A program made the translations under genes and the position numbers. A stretch of DNA of 64,000 bases from Sphingobacteriales bacterium (GTDB lineage: Bacteria; Bacteroidota; Bacteroidia; Chitinophagales; Chitinophagaceae). Every line of letters starts with the position of its first letter. Position 1 is the first letter of the stretch. The stretch is taken from contig JAIXSZ010000020.1 in NCBI GenBank assembly GCA_027484425.1, positions 11,988 to 75,987 on the forward strand, in the 5' to 3' direction. Of the stretch, positions 60,064 to 64,000 are shown piece by piece. Below the pieces are notes generated by a model, which worked only from the letters and a program-made list of their open reading frames with translations, did not search any database and was not told the DNA's origin.

Positions 60064-61041
60064 TTAATCCTTCAAGAAACCAAACTTGCCAGCGTTGTAG
60101 TCTTCTACTGCTTGGCGTATCTCAGCTTCTGTATTCATCACAAACGGACCATAACTCACATACGGCTCATTGAGTGGCTGTCCGCTCAGTACCAGTATGG
60201 TAGCCTTTTTTGATGATGTTATCCGTATCTCTCCCCCCTCATTTTTCAACTGTAGATAGTGGTTCTCTGGCACGGGATACTTATTCACTGTTATAGATCC
60301 ATCTACTACCAGTATGCCAGAGTTGTAGTGTGCAGGTAGGGTGAAGGTGAAGTCTGCATTGGCATTCAGGTGCATATCGTACATATTCACTGGCGAAAAA
60401 GTACTGGCGATTCCCTTCACACCTTCATACTCACCAGCTACCACATACACTGTGCCCGAGTTGCCAGGTAGGGTTACTTTGGGCTTAGACGAGTGTAATA
60501 TACTTTGGTATTTGGCAGGGGTCATTTTGTGTGCTTTCGGCAGGTTTATCCATAGTTGCAACATCTCAAATGCGCCACCTTTCTTAGTGTAGGTTTGCTC
60601 GTGGTATTCTTTGTGAAGCACACCACCTCCAGCGGTCATCCATTGCACATCGCCTGGCCCTATGATGCCATGATTACCCTTGCTGTCGTGGTGCTCTACT
60701 GCTCCTTTGTATGCAAAAGTGATGGTTTCTATACCTCTGTGCGGATGCACTCCCACACCTCTGGATATTTCGGATGGAGGATAACTAACCTCTGCGTTGA
60801 AATCTAACAAAAAAAACGGGCTCATGCGCTCTTCAAATCCTCGTCCATTCGGAAAATAGTTCATCACTTTAAATCCATTTCCCACCATATGTGTGTTGGT
60901 AGGGGGTAGCACAGCTTCTACTCCTCTGTAGGGCGATGCAGCTATCTTCTCAGCTGCCCTTAGTGGGCTGGTTATGGCATTGTGTAGGTAAGTTAGCGCA
61001 GTAGCAAGTATCCCTTTTTTGATAAATTCTTTCCTTTCCAT
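60064..61041 (-). CDS. Pirin-family protein with a Tat-like N-terminal signal
   Basis: Cupin motifs HPHRGIETITFAYKGAVEHHDSKGNHGIIGPGDVQWMTAG. The N-terminus MERKEFIKKGILATALTYL resembles a twin-arginine (RK-variant) signal. Confidence 0.8.
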   Translation of the reverse strand: MERKEFIKKGILATALTYLHNAITSPLRAAEKIAASPYRGVEAVLPPTNTHMVGNGFKVMNYFPNGRGFEERMSPFFLLDFNAEVSYPPSEISRGVGVHPHRGIETITFAYKGAVEHHDSKGNHGIIGPGDVQWMTAGGGVLHKEYHEQTYTKKGGAFEMLQLWINLPKAHKMTPAKYQSILHSSKPKVTLPGNSGTVYVVAGEYEGVKGIASTFSPVNMYDMHLNANADFTFTLPAHYNSGILVVDGSITVNKYPVPENHYLQLKNEGGEIRITSSKKATILVLSGQPLNEPYVSYGPFVMNTEAEIRQAVEDYNAGKFGFLKD

Positions 61042-61138
61042 ACCAATTATGTTTTGTGATATTCAAAATTATCAAAAAAACATGTACCAACATCTATTTG
61101 CCACCCTATACCACAATAGTCTTTAATTATGCCATAGC

Positions 61139-61639
61139 TTATTCACTCAGTGTCAACTGCAGGGTCGCCGGGGCATAGATTTGTTCTGTGCGTGTACTAT
61201 AATCGTCAAATGTTACCCCATACCTTATTTCCCTTACCCTATATCCATCAGTGCGGCATTGAGTGTCCGCTGATACTCGTATCATACTACCAAAACTATC
61301 GTTGGCACACCAGCCATGAAGTGCCTTGTGCAGTGCCCATTCTAGGTCGTAGTAGTTTATGGCCATTTCTTTGTATTCGTTGGGGGTGTTATGCGCAGTA
61401 GGGCTTATCGGAGCAAAACCCAGCTTTAGCAACACCTCGCCATTGGCTGTCTGTACCCCTTCGCCTAGGTTGCTGAAGGAGAACTTATCAATGTCGATAA
61501 GCACACACGGAAATGTAACTGGCGGTCTTCCCTTTACTGCCAACTGGCCGGTGTCTTGTGCCACATAACTAATGCTGGTTACGGTACTCTTTATATGCAC
61601 TTGCAGTGCTAAAAACAATTGTGCAAATGGTGAATTCAT
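61139..61639 (-). CDS. Hypothetical protein (166 aa), part of a putative phage-like module
   Basis: No family recognised. It is co-oriented with the DUF1320-like gene and its start overlaps the end of the preceding ORF, which could also indicate a frameshifted longer gene. Confidence 0.35.
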   Translation of the reverse strand: MNSPFAQLFLALQVHIKSTVTSISYVAQDTGQLAVKGRPPVTFPCVLIDIDKFSFSNLGEGVQTANGEVLLKLGFAPISPTAHNTPNEYKEMAINYYDLEWALHKALHGWCANDSFGSMIRVSADTQCRTDGYRVREIRYGVTFDDYSTRTEQIYAPATLQLTLSE

Positions 61640-61675
61640 CGTTTCTATTTTCGAGGGTTTAGTTGATGGTTGTTG

Positions 61676-62764
61676 TTACACTTGTGGAATACCATAGGTA
61701 TCATACCAGTAACTATCTGGTATGTTTACTATACCCGCTAGATCTTTATCTATTGCCATTCGTTTGTGCAAGTATTCAATGTCTGTATCTTTTGCAAATA
61801 CAAACCTTCCTCCCGCCACCTCATATCCATACGACTGTAGTATGCGCATAAAAGCTGGTGTATTGAGCATAGCAGTAGTGTAGGCTATGTCTGCCTTAGT
61901 TATTTCATACTGCTGTTCCTGATGTATTTTGCTTTGTGCATAGCCCGCACTACGGCTGCTGTTGGTGGTTTCTGTGTTGCCCAGCACAGTTACAGATATT
62001 TCTTCGTTCAGCGCCTTTATAAACGATAACTGCAATCCACCATCACTATTGGCTTGTTTGCCATCTTTTATTTCGAAGTCTGCCTGTCGGGGTATCATCA
62101 TAGACAGCGAGCTACCACTATCTTCCAACACCTTTCTTAGTTCTTCCTTAGTTTGCTCGTCGTACGAGTCATATTTTATCACACGCACTGGCTGCCCAAA
62201 TAGTTCTATAAATTGAGCCCAATCGGCCAATCCACTTCTTTTATACAGGCAGTATGGTGCACACCGCAGCAACAGGCCCATATCGCCTGGAGTCTCCATT
62301 ACCCACACATTGGGCAGGTCTGCATAGTTTATACCTTCCATGCCGTTTTGTTCGTAGGCTATCACTCTACTTTCTGGTTTTATATGCTTTCTTGGTATGG
62401 TATTGCATATCAACTCCGTACCCGGCAAAAACTCCAATCCCGACAAACCCCACAGTAAGGTTTCCAGTATAGTTTTTATTACCTCTCTGAATGCCATTGA
62501 AGCTATCAGGCCGTCTAGCTTGTGTACCTTTTGTCCAGCTTTTTCAAAGTATATTTCTTTATTCAGCACAGCATTTATTTTCTTAGCTACCACACCCGTC
62601 AGGTGTCCATCCAGTAGTATGTCTTCATACAAGTCATACAGCCTTGTTCTGTTAGGGTGGTGCATTGACTCTGCTGCGCTTAGTGCATTGCGCCAAGTGT
62701 TTATATCCTTCCTATTTCGGTCAATTGACCTTACGTTCAATTCATTCAATATTATCTTCTCCAT
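61676..62764 (-). CDS. Hypothetical protein (362 aa), possible phage structural protein (portal/DUF935-like or sheath-like, unresolved)
   Basis: No confident family. Assigned to the phage-like module from gene context downstream of the gp36-like gene. Confidence 0.35.
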   Translation of the reverse strand: MEKIILNELNVRSIDRNRKDINTWRNALSAAESMHHPNRTRLYDLYEDILLDGHLTGVVAKKINAVLNKEIYFEKAGQKVHKLDGLIASMAFREVIKTILETLLWGLSGLEFLPGTELICNTIPRKHIKPESRVIAYEQNGMEGINYADLPNVWVMETPGDMGLLLRCAPYCLYKRSGLADWAQFIELFGQPVRVIKYDSYDEQTKEELRKVLEDSGSSLSMMIPRQADFEIKDGKQANSDGGLQLSFIKALNEEISVTVLGNTETTNSSRSAGYAQSKIHQEQQYEITKADIAYTTAMLNTPAFMRILQSYGYEVAGGRFVFAKDTDIEYLHKRMAIDKDLAGIVNIPDSYWYDTYGIPQV

Positions 62765-62843
62765 ATGTTACGATTAATTTACCTTTATTTAAAGCTGATT
62801 CCCTTATACTTCCAAATAGAATATTATTATCTTTACGCACCCC

Positions 62844-63251
62844 TTGTTTCTATTGATATCAATTTTACCCATTGCAATTATTATAACAATGAGACGAATA
62901 CTAACAGAGTTTTACAGCCTTGTTTACAAGACTACAGGCAATAAGTTGTTGGCTTATGGTATTGGGTTAATAGTCTTGGCTCTGTTTAACTGCATTATAG
63001 TAAAAGGCCTGGCAATGCTCATACAAGACTGGGTAGGCTTTGCTGGTATGATCCTTATCTTGTTCAGGTTTCCTATTTACTTTATTACTTTCTTGTTATC
63101 GCTCGGTGTAGCCTTTTGGTTTACACCAAACATCCAAACGCTAACTCGCGATGCAAAAAAGAATAACAAATACCTCACTATAATACTCTACAGTCTTTTT
63201 GCCATTGTTCTTTTTGCCTACATGCAATTGGGAGAAGTTTTATTTTCCTGA
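62844..63251 (+). CDS. Hypothetical small membrane protein (135 aa, about 4 TM)
   Basis: Highly hydrophobic ORF on the opposite strand, between the phage-like genes. Confidence 0.3.
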   Translation: MFLLISILPIAIIITMRRILTEFYSLVYKTTGNKLLAYGIGLIVLALFNCIIVKGLAMLIQDWVGFAGMILILFRFPIYFITFLLSLGVAFWFTPNIQTLTRDAKKNNKYLTIILYSLFAIVLFAYMQLGEVLFS

Positions 63252-63283
63252 TATCCTCCTTAATTTGAAGTGCTAACTACTAA

Positions 63284-63721
63284 CTAGTAATGGTTGCTTC
63301 TTTTAGGGTTACTATTCCAGTTTATAGCGTTGCTTTCCGGCAGTGATGTATTGGTCTCCGCCTCCTTGTATGGCCATCCATCTGGTTGCAAAGCGCCTGT
63401 TTTTATGCTTTTCAGCACCTCTACTGCGTCTGTGTAAGCTACTCTACTGGTGCTGTGCTCTACTCCTGTATTGTTGAGGCGCACTAAGTGCCAGCAAGCC
63501 ACGTCTTTTACTATACTTTTCAGGTACTCATCTTGTACCACAGGTGGAGTTGCTGGTGTACCAAATAGTTGAGTAAGGTTGTAGCGGCTTAGGTACATCT
63601 TACATTCTTGTTCGGCGGTAGCAATCGCTATTTCTGCTATCGCAATATCACCTCTTGTTATCTCTGTTATTACTTCTGCATACAGCTTAGTTTCTAGCTC
63701 TGCAACGGTTATTATAGGCAT
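63284..63721 (-). CDS. DUF1320 / Mu gp36-like phage protein (head-tail connector family)
   Basis: The pattern ITVAELETKLYAEVI...IAIATAEQECKMYLSRYNL...LKSIVKDVACWHLVRL matches the recalled gp36/DUF1320 family motif (A..A..E...YL.RY.L ... IA.Y.L). Confidence 0.5.
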   Translation of the reverse strand: MPIITVAELETKLYAEVITEITRGDIAIAEIAIATAEQECKMYLSRYNLTQLFGTPATPPVVQDEYLKSIVKDVACWHLVRLNNTGVEHSTSRVAYTDAVEVLKSIKTGALQPDGWPYKEAETNTSLPESNAINWNSNPKRSNHY

Positions 63722-63841
63722 GTTCTAAGGGTTTAAATTGGTTTATTTAGTCACTTTAGGCACTGACATCCCAGCACTACATCCCTATCAAGGGCAGTAG
63801 TGTCAATAGCTCTTCAATAGTAGTAGCGGTGCGGCTATTTA

Positions 63842-64000
63842 CTATTCATCCTCATCTTTGGGTTCTTTCTTTTTTCCTCTTGTAGGCTTGTCTTCTTCAT
63901 TCTCCTCTTCATCTTCATCATCTTCGTCACTTTTCTTGTTTCTCGCCGTTGGCTTTTTTACATTTTGTTTGCTGCCGGGCTCTGTTGCCTCTTCTTTATC
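63842..64000 (-). CDS. Partial CDS (C-terminus only) ending in a highly acidic/basic low-complexity tail. Its 5' part lies beyond the window edge.
   Basis: Hand-translated C-terminus ...KKPTARNKKSDEDDEDEEENEEDKPTRGKKKEPKDEDE followed by stop (complement of 63842-63844). Confidence 0.4.
   Translation of the reverse strand, partial: DKEEATEPGSKQNVKKPTARNKKSDEDDEDEEENEEDKPTRGKKKEPKDEDE

Overview
This window reads as a Bacteroidota chromosomal segment. Supporting signs are several T9SS C-terminal sorting domains, a gliding-type CTD-B domain, a TAnnTTTG-type -7 promoter motif, and the conserved tRNA-Thr/Tyr/Gly/Thr-tuf cluster. Most of it is core housekeeping on both strands: a PpiD-like chaperone, apaG, ribE, an iscS-iscU-iscA operon, methylmalonyl-CoA epimerase, cyclophilin, pdxJ, cysS, pntAA-pntAB-pntB, tuf, nusG-secE-tRNA-Trp, gltX, two DEAD-box helicases, lutB-like, pirin, and at least six two-component systems. 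The systems that look accessory are: (1) an AT-rich cluster of small hypothetical genes at 0.8-4.3 kb, bounded by a dispersed ~80-bp repeat present in three copies; (2) a ~1-kb complex tandem array at 6897-7915 with alternating ~190/~270-bp units, each starting with the palindrome TTGATAATCAA, upstream of a T9SS cargo gene; (3) three extra tandem copies of a 105-bp unit that begins with the 3' end of tRNA-Ala and carries terminator hairpins; (4) a four-helix-bundle gene inserted between pntAB and pntB and flanked by GGAAATTCC palindromic repeats; (5) a signalling island with a His-less kinase-like receiver fusion and a 1280-aa multi-PAS kinase, sitting where tuf is normally followed by tRNA-Trp-secE-nusG, which here lie ~16 kb away and inverted; (6) a phage-like module with a DUF1320/gp36-like gene running off the right edge. 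No CRISPR array, rRNA or transposase gene was seen. Hand-derived coordinates (tRNAs, repeats) may be off by 1-2 nt.
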